Source: an uncultured delta proteobacterium
GTDB lineage: Bacteria; Desulfobacterota; Binatia; UBA9968
Direction: 5' to 3'
DNA: 64,000 nucleotides
Assembly (NCBI GenBank): GCA_963847445.1
Contig: CAWJZV010000015.1
Location: 224,001-288,000, forward strand
The position numbers and the translations under genes are program-made. Each line of letters opens with the position of its first letter. Position 1 is the stretch's first letter. A model generated the notes under the pieces. The model had not been told where the DNA came from. It saw only the letters and a list, made by a program, of their open reading frames with translations, and made no database searches. Positions 43,452 to 55,942 of this stretch are shown here, piece after piece.

Positions 43452-43973
43452 ATGGAACATATCATATCGGTTCTTGTCGAAAATAAATTCGGCGTTTTAG
43501 CCAGAGTCGCAGGTCTTTTTAGCGCAAGAGGGTACAATATCGAGAGTTTGTCGGTGGCGCCAACGCTGGACCCGACGACTTCGATGATCACGATCGTGAC
43601 CGTCGGTGACGATCGCATCATTGAACAGATCATGAAGCAGCTCAACAAAGTCGTCGAGGTGTTGAGCGTCGTCGATCATACCGAAACCGACTTTTTGGAC
43701 CGCGAGACGGTGTTGATCAAAGTCCACACCAAGCCGGAGCACCGCGACGAAGCGATTCGCATCGCGTCAATATTTCGCGCCAAGATTGTCGACTCGTCGC
43801 CGCTCACCTACACCATTGAAATTACCGGTGATGTCGACAAAGTCGAGGCGATGATCAACATGCTCAAGCCGTTGGGAATTAAAGACCTGATCCGCACCGG
43901 CCGGATTGCGATCGCCCGCGAAACCACTAGAACCGCGTCGCCGCGCCGGGAGCCGGCTTTGTTAAAGCCGTAA
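43452..43973 (+). CDS. ilvN: Acetolactate synthase small subunit
   Basis: VENKFGVLARVAGLFSARGYNIESL, RTG.IA. Confidence 0.96.
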   Translation: MEHIISVLVENKFGVLARVAGLFSARGYNIESLSVAPTLDPTTSMITIVTVGDDRIIEQIMKQLNKVVEVLSVVDHTETDFLDRETVLIKVHTKPEHRDEAIRIASIFRAKIVDSSPLTYTIEITGDVDKVEAMINMLKPLGIKDLIRTGRIAIARETTRTASPRREPALLKP

Positions 43974-44010
43974 AACGACGCTGCCAATTCGTCCCAACAG
44001 TTCACTAAAA

Positions 44011-44050
44011 AAAACACCGGTCATGAACATTCATGGCCGGCGTTTTGTTT
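44011..44050. terminator. Bidirectional intrinsic terminator
   Basis: AAAAC-accggtcatgaa-c-attcatggccggc-GTTTT. Confidence 0.7.
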
Positions 44051-44384
44051 TACGGCGGGCTCGCTTACGGGCCGGTAGGTGGTTAGGTCATGATATCTTT
44101 CATTTTTATCGACGGCGTCCTTACGAACTTCCTTGCCTTTATCGACAGCCTTGTCCCTTGCGCCACCGCCGGCGCCCTTGGCATTGGCACTGGCCGCTTT
44201 GATGGCGTCGGCAGTTTTTTTGACGGTGCCACCGGCGATTTCATGCCCCTGAACGATCGCACGCCTAACTGTAGCGCCAGCGAGCCTGAAGGGACTTCGG
44301 AACGAACATCCGTTGCCGATTACCGCGCTTCACTCAACAGTTATCTACGTAGCGCATGGCGATGCCCCCATCGGTTGCCGGTAG

Positions 44385-45545
<1,161 letters not shown>

Positions 45546-45588
45546 GCTAGTGGCCCGATGGGTGATAACTCGCTCTAGGCGGCACACG

Positions 45589-46218
45589 ATGCGTATCGCA
45601 AAGGAAGGTTGGCCGTTGATTCTGGCGGCCGCAGCGCTGGCGTTGCTGGCGTTGTTGTTCGGCTGGCTGGCGGCTGGTATCGCATTGGCGATCCTAACGC
45701 TAGGGGTTGCGGCATTTTTTCGCGACCCGGAGCGCGCGATCCCCACCGGTGACGGCCTCGTGGTTTCGCCCGCGGACGGCCGGGTTGTCACCGTCGCTCC
45801 GGTGCAGGGCGATGGCCTGTTCGGTGACGCGGTGATGCGAATAAGTATTTTCCTGTCGCCTCTCGACGTGCATATCAATCGCGCGCCGGTCGCCGGCCGG
45901 GTTAACGACGTGCGCTATCAAACCGGCAAATTTCTCGCGGCCTTCAAGGAAGACGCCTCGCGCGTCAACGAGCAGAATGCGCTGCGGCTTGTCGACGAAC
46001 GGGAGCGCAATTGGGGCGTGGTGCAAATCGCCGGTGCGGTCGCCAGGCGCATTGTTTGCCATTCGAAAGCCGGTGATGTGTTGGGCCGCGGCGAACGCTT
46101 CGGTTTGATCATGTTCGGCTCGCGTACCGATATTTATTTGCCTCAAGGGTGTGGTATCGAAGTGGTGGAGGGGCAAAGGGTTAGAGGCGGGGAGACCATC
46201 ATCGGGAGGTTGCCATGA
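45589..46218 (+). CDS. psd: Phosphatidylserine decarboxylase proenzyme
   Basis: FFRDPER, SPADG, DVHINR.P, FGSR cleavage motif. Confidence 0.95.
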   Translation: MRIAKEGWPLILAAAALALLALLFGWLAAGIALAILTLGVAAFFRDPERAIPTGDGLVVSPADGRVVTVAPVQGDGLFGDAVMRISIFLSPLDVHINRAPVAGRVNDVRYQTGKFLAAFKEDASRVNEQNALRLVDERERNWGVVQIAGAVARRIVCHSKAGDVLGRGERFGLIMFGSRTDIYLPQGCGIEVVEGQRVRGGETIIGRLP

Positions 46219-47075
46219 GCGCGATGAATGCTCCAGAGCCCGAGCAGCCGCAGGAAAAAGACAAGTTGCGCTTGCTGCGCCGCCGGCGCGAGCGGCCGCG
46301 CATCACCTTGCGCCAGAGAATGCCGGCGGAGAAACTGCGCAAGGGCGTTTATCTGATTCCCAGTCTCTTTACCGCGGGCAACTTGATGTGCGGTTTTTTT
46401 TCGATCATCGCGACCTTTCGGGGTGAGTATGTCAACGCGGCTTTGCTGATTCTGCTCGCCAATGTGTTCGATGGCGTGGACGGTTATGTCGCGCGCTTGA
46501 CCCGGACCACCAGTCAATTTGGCGTCGAGTTCGATTCCTTGGCCGACGTTGTCGCTTTCGGTGTCGCCCCGGCGGTCTTGGTCTACATATGGGCACTGGT
46601 GCCGTGGCAAAACTGGGGTTGGCTGGCGGCGGCTACCTACGTCGTGTGTGGCGCGGCGCGGCTGTCGCGCTTCAACGTCCAGGCCCAAGGACCGGCGAAG
46701 AACCATTTCGTCGGTCTGCCGATTCCCGCTGCGGCGCAGATGATTAGCTCGTCGGTGCTCTTGTATTACTATATCGGCTTCGAGGGAACGCCGACGCGCC
46801 ATTTGACGTTTCTCTTGGTGATTTATGGATTGGCGATTTTGATGGTTAGCAGTATTCCGTTCTTCAGTTTGAAGAATAACGACATGAGAAAACGCCACCC
46901 GGAATGGATGTTTCTTTCCGGCGTGATTTTGATTACACTGATCATTGCCGCGTGGCATATTATGTTTTTCACCATAGTCTTACTGTACACGTTATCCGGG
47001 CCCTTGTTATGGTGCTTAACCAAGCTTAAGCAACGACGGGAGTCGAGCCGGGGGGGGGCGCAAGCGTTGCCGTGA
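46215..47075 (+). CDS. pssA: CDP-diacylglycerol--serine O-phosphatidyltransferase
   Basis: DGVDG.VAR, FG.EFDSLAD.V.FGVAP, RL.RFN, F.GLP.P. Confidence 0.95.
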   Translation: MSAMNAPEPEQPQEKDKLRLLRRRRERPRITLRQRMPAEKLRKGVYLIPSLFTAGNLMCGFFSIIATFRGEYVNAALLILLANVFDGVDGYVARLTRTTSQFGVEFDSLADVVAFGVAPAVLVYIWALVPWQNWGWLAAATYVVCGAARLSRFNVQAQGPAKNHFVGLPIPAAAQMISSSVLLYYYIGFEGTPTRHLTFLLVIYGLAILMVSSIPFFSLKNNDMRKRHPEWMFLSGVILITLIIAAWHIMFFTIVLLYTLSGPLLWCLTKLKQRRESSRGGAQALP

Positions 47076-47176
47076 ATTTCCGGCTCGAGTAAAGGCGAAA
47101 CAAACTCCCGTTGGCCCTGCCGCGGGAGTTTTCATTTCGGGGTGGGCCAGCGGACAACGGTAGAGGAGACATTCAA

Positions 47177-48742
47177 ATGGATCAGATGGCCAACGATAAC
47201 GTGGTACAAATTTTCGATACGACGCTGCGCGACGGCGAGCAATCGCCGGGGGCGAGCATGACGGTGGAGCAAAAGGTCGTGATCGCGCGCCAGTTGGAGA
47301 AGCTCGGCGTCGATGTCATCGAAGCGGGCTTCGCGGCGTCGTCGGATGGCGACTTCGAGTCGGTGCGGCGAGTCGCGAAAGAGGTCAGCCAGCCACGGGT
47401 GGTGAGCTTGGCGCGCGCCCAGGAGGGCGATATTAGCCGCGCCCTGAAAGCTGTCGAGGGCGCCAAGAAGCCGGGGATTCATACTTTCATCGCGACTTCG
47501 GATATTCATCTGAAGCATAAGCTGCGCATGTCGCGTGAACAGGTCGTTGAAGCGGCGGTCAAGGCGGTTAGTTACGCCAAGCAGTATACCGATTACGTCG
47601 AGTTCTCGGCCGAGGACGCTTCGCGCAGCGACCCGGAGTTTTTGCTGCAAATCTTCCGCGAGGTCATCCGCGCCGGTGCTAAGACGCTCAATGTCCCGGA
47701 TACCACCGGCTACGCGATTCCCTCCGAATTCGGCGCTTTGATCGCCAACTTGATCGAGCGTACCGCTGGCGGCGACCGGGTGATCTGGAGCGCCCACTGT
47801 CATAACGATTTGGGCCTGGCGGTGGCCAATTCGCTGGCTGCGGTGCACAACGGCGCGCGCCAGATCGAGTGCACGATCAACGGTATCGGCGAGCGCGCCG
47901 GCAATACGTCTCTCGAAGAAGTGGTCATGGCGCTGCGCACGCGCAAGAATTATCTCAATCTCGACACCAACATTCACAGTGAACAGCTTTTTCCGAGCTC
48001 GCGTTTGCTGTCGCAGGTGACCGGCATCGCGATCCCGATCAACAAACCGATCGTCGGTGATAATGCCTTTGCCCATGAGGCCGGCATTCATCAAGACGGC
48101 GTGCTCAAGCATAAGCAGACCTACGAGATCATGACGCCGGAGTCCATCGGCATTCCGGGGAATAAACTGGTCATGGGCAAACATTCCGGGCGCCATGCCT
48201 TCGATGAGCGGTTGAAGCATCTGGGCTTTAACTTGAGCAAGGAAGATATGAACCGCGCCTTCGTGCGCTTCAAAGAATTGGCCGACAAGAAGAAGAACGT
48301 TTACGACGAGGATATCGAAGCCGTGGTTGCCGAAGAAGTTTTGCGCATGCCGGGGCGGCCGGATAAGTTCGAGCTGCTCTACATGAACGTCAACTCGAGC
48401 ACCGACGGGGTGCCGACGGCGACCGTCAAGATGCGCGTCGCCGACGCGGAAAAGATGGACCATGCCTCGGGCGACGGCGTGGTCGATGCCTGTTACAAGG
48501 TGATCACCAAAATCACCGATTCGCAGTCGCAGCTGGTGCGCTACTCGGTCAACGCGCTCACCGGCGGCACCGATGCCCAGGGGGAAGTCGCCTGCTTGAT
48601 TGAAGATGACGGCATCCGCGTGTCGGGCCAGGGATCGCATACGGACATCATCATGGCGAGCGCGCTGGCGTATATCAACGCGCTCAATAAGTTGGAAGAA
48701 CGCAAACGCTATCGGCAGGTGGTGGAAAAAGAGGGACCATGA
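47177..48742 (+). CDS. leuA: 2-isopropylmalate synthase
   Basis: [39 protein letters not shown], regulatory C-terminus. Confidence 0.97.
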   Translation: MDQMANDNVVQIFDTTLRDGEQSPGASMTVEQKVVIARQLEKLGVDVIEAGFAASSDGDFESVRRVAKEVSQPRVVSLARAQEGDISRALKAVEGAKKPGIHTFIATSDIHLKHKLRMSREQVVEAAVKAVSYAKQYTDYVEFSAEDASRSDPEFLLQIFREVIRAGAKTLNVPDTTGYAIPSEFGALIANLIERTAGGDRVIWSAHCHNDLGLAVANSLAAVHNGARQIECTINGIGERAGNTSLEEVVMALRTRKNYLNLDTNIHSEQLFPSSRLLSQVTGIAIPINKPIVGDNAFAHEAGIHQDGVLKHKQTYEIMTPESIGIPGNKLVMGKHSGRHAFDERLKHLGFNLSKEDMNRAFVRFKELADKKKNVYDEDIEAVVAEEVLRMPGRPDKFELLYMNVNSSTDGVPTATVKMRVADAEKMDHASGDGVVDACYKVITKITDSQSQLVRYSVNALTGGTDAQGEVACLIEDDGIRVSGQGSHTDIIMASALAYINALNKLEERKRYRQVVEKEGP

Positions 48743-49833
48743 ACTACAACATCGCGGTTTTTCCCGGAGACGGCATCGGCCCTGAAGTGATGGGCGAAGG
48801 CACGCAGGTGCTCAAGCAGGTAGCGCAGCTTTACGGTTTCACCGTTTCACTGGAGCCCGGCATCGTCGGCGGCGCATCCATCGACGCCCATGGCAAGCCG
48901 CTTACGGATGCGGTATTGAATCTCGCTAAGCAGAGCGACGCGGTTTTGCTCGGCGCCATGGGCGGCCCTAAGTGGGATGGTCTCGACTATGCGATCCGGC
49001 CCGAGCGCGCCCTCCTAGCGTTGCGGTTAGAGTTGGGCCTATTCGCCAATTTACGTCCGGTAAAACTGTTTGCCGCGCTCGCCTCGGCGTCGACGCTCAA
49101 GCGGGAGGTGGTCGAGGGCACCGATATGCTGGTGGTGCGCGAGCTCACCGGCGGGATTTATTTTGGCCAACCCAAGGGCGTGACGATGCTTCCCGATGGC
49201 ACCGAGCGCGGCGTCAATACCGAGGTTTATACGACACCAGAGATCGAACGCATCGCCCATGTGGCATTTCAGGCGGCGCTCAAGCGGCGCAAGAAAGTGA
49301 CCTCCGTCGACAAGGCCAATGTGCTCGAAGTCACCGAGCTGTGGCGCAAGGTGGTGACGCGCGTTCACAAGAACCAAGAAGGCTATGCCGGCATCGAGTT
49401 GGAACATATCCTGGTCGATAACTGCGCCATGCAATTGATCCGTAACCCCCGGCAATTCGATGTCGTCGTCACGACCAATATGTTCGGCGATATCTTGAGC
49501 GATGAAGCGGCGATGCTGACCGGCTCCATCGGCATGCTGCCGTCGGCGAGTCTCGGCGGCAAGGTCGGTATGTACGAGCCGGTGCATGGCAGCGCGCCCG
49601 ATATCATGGGCCAGGACAAGGCGAATCCTTTGGCAACGATTCTCAGCGTCGCCATGATGCTTCGCCATTCCCTCGATCAGGGTGCGGCGGCGGACCGCAT
49701 CGAGAAGGCCGTCGAAGTTGTCCTCGACGAAGGTTATCGCACGGCGGATATTCAAGAGCCCGGTTGTAAGCTGTTGGGCTGCAAGCAGATGGGCCAGTTG
49801 GTGCGCGACCGGATCGCGGCAGCGAAGGGATAG
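48739..49833 (+). CDS. leuB: 3-isopropylmalate dehydrogenase
   Basis: [42 protein letters not shown]. Confidence 0.98.
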   Translation: MNYNIAVFPGDGIGPEVMGEGTQVLKQVAQLYGFTVSLEPGIVGGASIDAHGKPLTDAVLNLAKQSDAVLLGAMGGPKWDGLDYAIRPERALLALRLELGLFANLRPVKLFAALASASTLKREVVEGTDMLVVRELTGGIYFGQPKGVTMLPDGTERGVNTEVYTTPEIERIAHVAFQAALKRRKKVTSVDKANVLEVTELWRKVVTRVHKNQEGYAGIELEHILVDNCAMQLIRNPRQFDVVVTTNMFGDILSDEAAMLTGSIGMLPSASLGGKVGMYEPVHGSAPDIMGQDKANPLATILSVAMMLRHSLDQGAAADRIEKAVEVVLDEGYRTADIQEPGCKLLGCKQMGQLVRDRIAAAKG

Positions 49834-49839
49834 GTTTTT

Positions 49840-50862
49840 GTGAAGAAGGAAAAGTACAACGTCGCGATCGTTGGCGCCACCGGCGCCGTCGGCGAGCAGA
49901 TGCGCGAAGTGCTCGATGAGCGCCAATTCCCGGTGGGCGAGTTGCGGTTGTTAGCCTCGGAGCGATCGGTTGGCCAGTTCCTGCCGTTTCAAAGCCGGCA
50001 GTTGCCCGTCCAGGTGTTGAAGGCCGATTCGTTTAAAGACATCGACATCGGCTTGTTCTCCGCCGGCGGCAGCGTAAGCGCGGAGTTCGCGCCGCTAGCG
50101 GTGGCGGCCGGCGCGGTGGTAGTCGACAACACTTCGGTGTTTCGCCTGGAGCCGGATATTCCTTTGGTGGTTCCGGAGGTCAATTCCAAAGCGATCGCCA
50201 ATTACAAAACCCGCGGCATCATCGCCAATCCCAATTGTTCGACGATTCAAATGGTCGTCGCGCTCAAGCCGATTCATGACACAGCGCGGATCAAACGCGT
50301 GGTGGTTTCCACCTATCAGTCGGTTTCCGGCGCGGGACGCAAGGCGATGGAGGAATTGAGCCAGCAGGTAGCGGCGCTGTTCAACGGCAAGGAAATCGAA
50401 AAGGTCAAGTTTCCGCATCAGATCGCCTTCAATTGCATTCCCCATATCGATGTCTTCATGGCTGACGGCTACACCAAGGAAGAGTGGAAGATGATCGAGG
50501 AGACGCGCAAGATCCTCGGCGAGCCGAACTTGCCGGTCACCGCGACCACGGTGCGGGTGCCGGTGTTTTGCAGCCACTCGGAATCGGTGAATGTCGAAAC
50601 CTACGTCAAGCTGTCGGCCAACGAGGCCCGGCGGATTCTACGGGAAGCGCCCGGCATCATCGTCGCCGATGAGCCGGAGAACAATCTTTATCCGATGGCC
50701 ATCGACGCCGCCGGCAAAGACGCTACCTATGTCGGCCGTATTCGCGAAGATAAGTCGGTCGCCAACGGTCTCAATCTTTGGGTGGTGTCGGATAATCTGC
50801 GCAAAGGCGCGGCGCTCAACGCTGTGCAGATCGCCGAGATTTTGATCCGCGATTATTTATAA
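49840..50862 (+). CDS. asd: Aspartate-semialdehyde dehydrogenase
   Basis: VGATGAVG, IANPNCST, TYQSVSGAG, DNLRKGAALN. Confidence 0.98.
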   Translation: MKKEKYNVAIVGATGAVGEQMREVLDERQFPVGELRLLASERSVGQFLPFQSRQLPVQVLKADSFKDIDIGLFSAGGSVSAEFAPLAVAAGAVVVDNTSVFRLEPDIPLVVPEVNSKAIANYKTRGIIANPNCSTIQMVVALKPIHDTARIKRVVVSTYQSVSGAGRKAMEELSQQVAALFNGKEIEKVKFPHQIAFNCIPHIDVFMADGYTKEEWKMIEETRKILGEPNLPVTATTVRVPVFCSHSESVNVETYVKLSANEARRILREAPGIIVADEPENNLYPMAIDAAGKDATYVGRIREDKSVANGLNLWVVSDNLRKGAALNAVQIAEILIRDYL

Positions 50863-50904
50863 ACCTTCATCGGCGCTGGACGAGTCGCGGGGTGGTTATG
50901 TTGT

Positions 50905-50938
50905 CGAACCCGAAACTCAAAACGCGAAACCCGGAACC
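50905..50938. repeat. Heptamer tandem array (CGAAACN)n
   Basis: cgaacc cgaaact caaaacg cgaaacc cggaacc. Confidence 0.7.
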
Positions 50939-50946
50939 ACTCTGCC

Positions 50947-51687
50947 GTGAACGTCAAACTCACCGTCGAATATGACGGCACCAACTATCATGGTTGGCAG
51001 GTCCAGGCGAATTACCCGTCCATTCAAGCGGTTTTAGAGAAAGCGGTTTCGACGTTTCTCGGCGTGCCCACCCATATCAACGGCTCGGGACGCACCGATG
51101 CCGGTGTCCACGCGCTTGGCCAGGTGGCCAATTTTTTCACCGATAAACAATACCTGCCATACCGGATACTGCGCGGTCTCAATGCGCTAACGCCGAGAGA
51201 CATCACTGTGAAGGATGTCGAAATCGTCGATGATTGTTTCGACGCCCGGCGCGACGGCCGAAGCCGGCTTTACGAATATCTGATTCTCAACCGCTCAACA
51301 CCCTCGCCGTTCCACCACAATCGCGCCTGGCATATCCATGAGCCGTTGGATGTCGAAGCGATGGCCAAGGCTGTCGAATGCTTGGTCGGCGAGCATGATT
51401 TCTCGTCGTTTCGCGCCGCCAATTGCGATGCGTCGCATCCGATTCGCACCGTTTACCAGACCGGTCTCGAATACCGCGGCGAGATTCTGGTGTACAGCAT
51501 CGAAGGCACGGCTTTTCTGCGCCATATGGTGCGCAACATCGTCGGCACCCTCGCCGACGTGGGCCGTGGCATCCGCACCGCCGAATCGTTCGCCGAGCTG
51601 CTCGATGCGCGCGACCGCACCCAGGCTGGTTACACCGCGCCGCCGGTGGGGTTGTATTTGGTGCAGGTCAAATACGACCCGACTTAA
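50947..51687 (+). CDS. truA: tRNA pseudouridine(38-40) synthase
   Basis: YDGTNYHGWQ, GRTDAGVHA.GQ, G.HDF.SF, FLRHMVR. Confidence 0.97.
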   Translation: MNVKLTVEYDGTNYHGWQVQANYPSIQAVLEKAVSTFLGVPTHINGSGRTDAGVHALGQVANFFTDKQYLPYRILRGLNALTPRDITVKDVEIVDDCFDARRDGRSRLYEYLILNRSTPSPFHHNRAWHIHEPLDVEAMAKAVECLVGEHDFSSFRAANCDASHPIRTVYQTGLEYRGEILVYSIEGTAFLRHMVRNIVGTLADVGRGIRTAESFAELLDARDRTQAGYTAPPVGLYLVQVKYDPT

Positions 51688-51798
51688 TCGGTGCCTCATT
51701 CGCTCGTCGGCGCGCGTGGTTTTGCATTGACACACCAGGGCGATTTACTTATACCCAAACGGTGCGATTTTGTTCGCTCATAGAGGAGGTGCCAGACC

Positions 51799-52710
51799 AT
51801 GATGCCCGAGCATGATAATTTTTACGACGTATATTCCAAGGCGAAAAAGCTCAAGATCAAATGGCCCAACGGCGCGCGCCTGGCGATCGCGCTGGCGGGC
51901 AATTTGGAAGCGTGGACCGAGATCCCCAACGCCAAGCACCGGCGCACGCACCATGTCGGCGGCTCCAATCCGATCAAGGAAGACGACGTGGTGTCGCAGT
52001 ACGACTGCCGAACGGCCAGTGAAAACGACTACGGCGGCCGCACCGGAGTGTGGCGGATTCTGCGCATCCTCGACAAGTACGGCGTCAAGGCGTCGTTCAA
52101 CACCAACGCGCTGTGCATTCATCGCTATCCCGAAGCGGTGAAAGCCGTGCATGAGCGCGGCCATGAGATCGTCGGCCATTCCTACGCCGAAGACATTCAA
52201 CTCACACAACTGACGGCGGAAGGAGGAGCGCGACGAGATCCGCACCTGCGCCAAGATGTTTGAGGAGTTCACCGGCGTGCGCCCACCGGTTGGCTGACCT
52301 CCGGCATGCGCCACACCGAACGGACTCTGGGCATTCTCGCCGACGAAGGTTTCGCCTGGCATGGCGACGCGGTCAACGACGATAATCCTTATCCGGCTGT
52401 GGTTAACGGCAAAACCATGATCATCGTGCCGTACAAAAACGCCGTCAGCGGGTTGAACGATACCGGCATGTACCGGCGCGGCATCACGGCGAGAGATGTT
52501 TTCAATTCGTTCAAGGACGAGTTCGATTTGCTTTATGAGGAGTCCGCGACGGACCCGAAGATGTTGACCTTGGCGATGCACTGTCAGATGGCGTTTCCGG
52601 CGACGGGAAAAGTCTATGACGACTGCATCAAGTACGCCAAGTCGTTTCCCGATCTGTGGTTCGCCAAGCGGTGTGAGATTGTCGAGTGGGTGAAGAAGAA
52701 CTGCATGTGA
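51799..52710 (+). CDS. Polysaccharide deacetylase/PuuE-like amidohydrolase (frameshifts near 52220 and 52285)
   Basis: WPNGARLA, YGGRTGVWRI, GHEIVGHSY, P.GWL, DD.PY, F.LLYEE...KMLTLAMH; promoter-like TTGACA at 51727. Confidence 0.85.
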
Positions 52711-52723
52711 GCTCAATGGGACT

Positions 52724-52787
52724 GTTTCGAGTCTTGGGTTACGAGTTTCGAGTTCAAACCGAAACCCGGAACGCGAAACCCGAAACT
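52724..52787. repeat. Inverted heptamer tandem array (GTTTCGN)n-(CGAAACN)n hairpin
   Basis: gtttcga gtcttgg gttacga gtttcga gtt ... cgaaacc cggaacg cgaaacc cgaaact. Confidence 0.8.
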
Positions 52788-52799
52788 TGAGGAGCCTCC

Positions 52800-54183
52800 A
52801 TGTGCGACACAGCCGATGATGGCGTTGGGCTTAGTAGTTCAATTCCGCGGGAACTGCAGCTCCGTAACAAGGGACTGCGATCAGCCGATATTTCGCCGTT
52901 GATGCCGTTCGCACGGCAGCTTGCCAACTCGCGCGAGAACCGCGACAGCCATATCGGCTTTGTCGGTTACGACAAGACCAAGACGGGCAATAAAATTCTC
53001 ATCGCCATCGACCGCGAGTACGATCTCGACGTGCCCCACGCCGTGGCGGCGGCGCTGCGCGAGAAGGGTGCCCATGTCGATTTGCTGGTCGCCGATATGG
53101 GCGAGCCCGATCGCGTGTTCGACTACACCGACGAAGTCGACGTGATCATGCGCCGCGAACCGTGGGAGAACAAGCCGCGCCGTTGGGAAGGCATGCCTTA
53201 CATCGAGCACTTCGCCCTGCGCGGCGGTTATGATTTGCTAATCCACGGCAAGGGCGGGCCGATTCCGCAAACCGAATTTCGCTACGAGCAGATTCCCTGG
53301 TTGCGCGCCGAGCATTTCTTGCAGCGCTCAACGACCTATCCTCTCGATTTACATCTGCTCATCAACAAAAAAACTTGGGACCCGATCTGGGAGTACGGCC
53401 GCGGCGGCCGCGCGCGGCTGACCGATGCCGAAGGGACGGATATCTCTTGGACCTACTGGGACGAATATTACGACGGCACGCGCTACGGATTCTCCTCGAC
53501 GCCGCGCAACGGTCATCTGTTCGGCCATCCGGTGCCGCCGATCATCGCCAAGGAAGACGCCGCTGGCGTGGTGGCTGGGACGACGAGCCATTTCTCGAAA
53601 GCGTTTCCCCAGGTCAAAGTTGAGCTGGAGGGTGGTCAGGTCGTGAAAGTTCACGGCGGCGCGGCTTACGGTGACGCTTGGCGCACACTGCTCGACGAAA
53701 GTCGACATACCAAGTATCCCTGCTTTCCACGGCCCGGCCTGTTCTACCTTTGGGAAGTAGCCATCGGCACCAATCCGAAGATCATGCGGCCGAGCGGCAT
53801 CGAAAAGCATTCCTCCGGCGGTTTCGAGTGGGAGCGGCGCCGCTCCGGCGTGATCCATATGGGCTTCGGCACTCTGTGGCGCTCAGCCGAGGAGAAGTGG
53901 GCCGGCGAAAACGGCATTCTCTATGGCCATCTGCATATTCACTTGCTTTTCCCGACCTTCAACATCACCACCAAGAGCGGCAAGGAATACACCATTATCC
54001 GCAACGGCAGACTCACCGCGCTTGATGATCCCGAGGTGCGCAAGCTCGCCGAGAAATACGGCGATCCCGAGTGATCTCTTGAGAGAAGATTGGATTCCGC
54101 AGATTCCCGGAATTACGTCATCGGGATCGTACGAAGATTACGCTCGTAATCCGGGCAAGTGGATTTATGGGAAGAGTGCGTAA
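52800..54183 (+). CDS. Hypothetical metalloenzyme with M29 aminopeptidase/NicX-like C-terminal domain (frameshift near 54070)
   Basis: GAGGAG RBS; V...GG.....W, EVAIGTNPK, ER..SG.IH.G.G, HLH, IIRNGRL. Confidence 0.6.
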
Positions 54184-54413
54184 AATAGAAGTTGGCTGAG
54201 AATGTTTAGTTTGCCACGCGTGTCTCTGAGAGGTCCTAATATGATATGAGCGCGATCACGAGTTACGAACACGGAAAATATTTTAATGTGGTTCTGACGA
54301 TTCCACTATCATGATCAATTCACCGTAATACCGCAGTTCAATCTCGCAACCCTACACGGCTCTTGAAGTCCCAGATAGCGACCGATATTATCCCGCCGAA
54401 GGAGAATTTCTCG

Positions 54414-55811
54414 ATGGCCGAACGGACTCTTTACGACAAGATTTGGCAGTCGCATACGGTGGGTATCCTGCCGACCGGCCAAACCCAGCTGTTTATCGGG
54501 TTACATTTAATTCATGAGATCACCACCGCGCCGGCGTTCGACATGCTGCGGGAAAAGGGCATGGACGTGGCGTTTCGCGATCGCACCTTCGCGACCGTAG
54601 ATCACATCGTTCCCACCGACATGCGCCAGCGGCCGTTTCTTGACAAAGAAGCGGAGGATCTCACCCAAGCGCTGGAAAGAAACGTCGCGCAGTTCGGCGT
54701 GGAATTCTTCGGCCTGGACAGCATGAACCAGGGCATCGTCCATGTCATCGGGCCGCAGTTGGGGCTCACACAGCCGGGCATGACGCTCGCCTGCGGTGAT
54801 AGCCACACCAGCACCCATGGCGCTTTTGGCACCTTGGCCTTCGGTATCGGTACCAGCCAGGTGCGCGATGTATTGGCGACGCAGACTCTGGCGATGGACA
54901 AATTGAAAGTGCGCCGCATCAACATCAACGGCGCGCTCGGCACCGGCGTTTACGCCAAGGACGTGACCCTGTACATCATCCGCCAATTGGGCGTGGGCGG
55001 CGGCAAAGGCTTCGCGTACGAGTACGGCGGCGCGGTCATCGACCGGATGAACATGGAAGAGCGCATGACCGTGTGCAACATGGCCATCGAAGGCGGCGCC
55101 TTGGTCGGTTACGTCAATCCGGACCAGACCACATTCGATTACATCAAGGGCCGGCCCCATGCGCCCAAGGGCGAGGCGTTCGACAAGGCGGTGAAGTATT
55201 GGCAGTCGGTGGCTTCGGATGCCGACGCCAAGTATGACGACGTCGTGAATTACGAAGGTAAAGACATCGAGCCGACGGTGACCTGGGGCATCAATCCGGG
55301 CCAATCGGTGGGCGTCTCGGAAAATCTGCCGTTGCCGGACAAGTCGAGCGATCCCGAGAGCGCGAAAAAAGCCTACGAGCATATGGGCTGGACGCCGGGT
55401 GCGCCGATCATCGGCACGCCGGTGAACGTGGCGTTTATCGGCTCCTGCACCAACGGCCGGCTGGCGGATTTTCGCGCCGCGGCAAAGATCGCCAAGGGAC
55501 GCAAGGTAAATCCCAATGTGCGCGCGCTGGTGGTGCCCGGTTCAGCCGAGGTGAAAAAACTTGCCGAGGCGGAGGGCTTGGACAAGATTTTCGAAGAAGC
55601 GGGATTTCAGTGGCGCGAAGCCGGCTGTTCGATGTGCTTGGCGATGAATCCGGACAAGCTCAATGGCCGGGAAGTTTCCGCGTCGTCGTCCAATCGTAAT
55701 TTCATCGGGCGGCAGGGAAGCCCTACGGGTCGCACGCTGCTGATGAGTCCGGCGATGGTGGCGGCGGCGGCGCTCAACGGCAAAGTCGTCGACGTGCGCC
55801 AGTACGAATGA
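54414..55811 (+). CDS. leuC: 3-isopropylmalate dehydratase large subunit
   Basis: [44 protein letters not shown]. Confidence 0.98.
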   Translation: MAERTLYDKIWQSHTVGILPTGQTQLFIGLHLIHEITTAPAFDMLREKGMDVAFRDRTFATVDHIVPTDMRQRPFLDKEAEDLTQALERNVAQFGVEFFGLDSMNQGIVHVIGPQLGLTQPGMTLACGDSHTSTHGAFGTLAFGIGTSQVRDVLATQTLAMDKLKVRRININGALGTGVYAKDVTLYIIRQLGVGGGKGFAYEYGGAVIDRMNMEERMTVCNMAIEGGALVGYVNPDQTTFDYIKGRPHAPKGEAFDKAVKYWQSVASDADAKYDDVVNYEGKDIEPTVTWGINPGQSVGVSENLPLPDKSSDPESAKKAYEHMGWTPGAPIIGTPVNVAFIGSCTNGRLADFRAAAKIAKGRKVNPNVRALVVPGSAEVKKLAEAEGLDKIFEEAGFQWREAGCSMCLAMNPDKLNGREVSASSSNRNFIGRQGSPTGRTLLMSPAMVAAAALNGKVVDVRQYE

Positions 55812-55819
55812 GAGAACGA

Positions 55820-55920
55820 GGTTCAAATCGTTCAAAAAGTTCAAGCCGTTTAAATCGTTCCGCGTCTGTAAACGGCTTGAACGGAGCGCAGCGGTTAAAC
55901 GGTTTGAACGCACTTGAACT
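55820..55920. repeat. Inverted nonamer array (GTTCAANNN)n ... CGGAGCGCAGCG ... (TTGAAC) between leuC and leuD
   Basis: gttcaaatc gttcaaaaa gttcaagcc gtttaaatc gttc ... gcttgaacggagcgcagcggttaaac ggtttgaac gcacttgaac; CGCTGCGCTCCG also at about 14408. Confidence 0.8.
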
Positions 55921-55942
55921 GATTTGGACCTACTGAGGAACC

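Noticed and set aside
47085-47160. c-di-GMP-I riboswitch (AAAGGCGAAAC resembles its start)
   Set aside because: The GAAA-loop hairpin and GACGCAAAGC consensus are absent.
47132-48640. Long antisense ORFs (also 234-1214, 36765-37877, 44682-45878, 58445-59755)
   Set aside because: Shadow frames of high-GC coding genes with no recognisable motifs.
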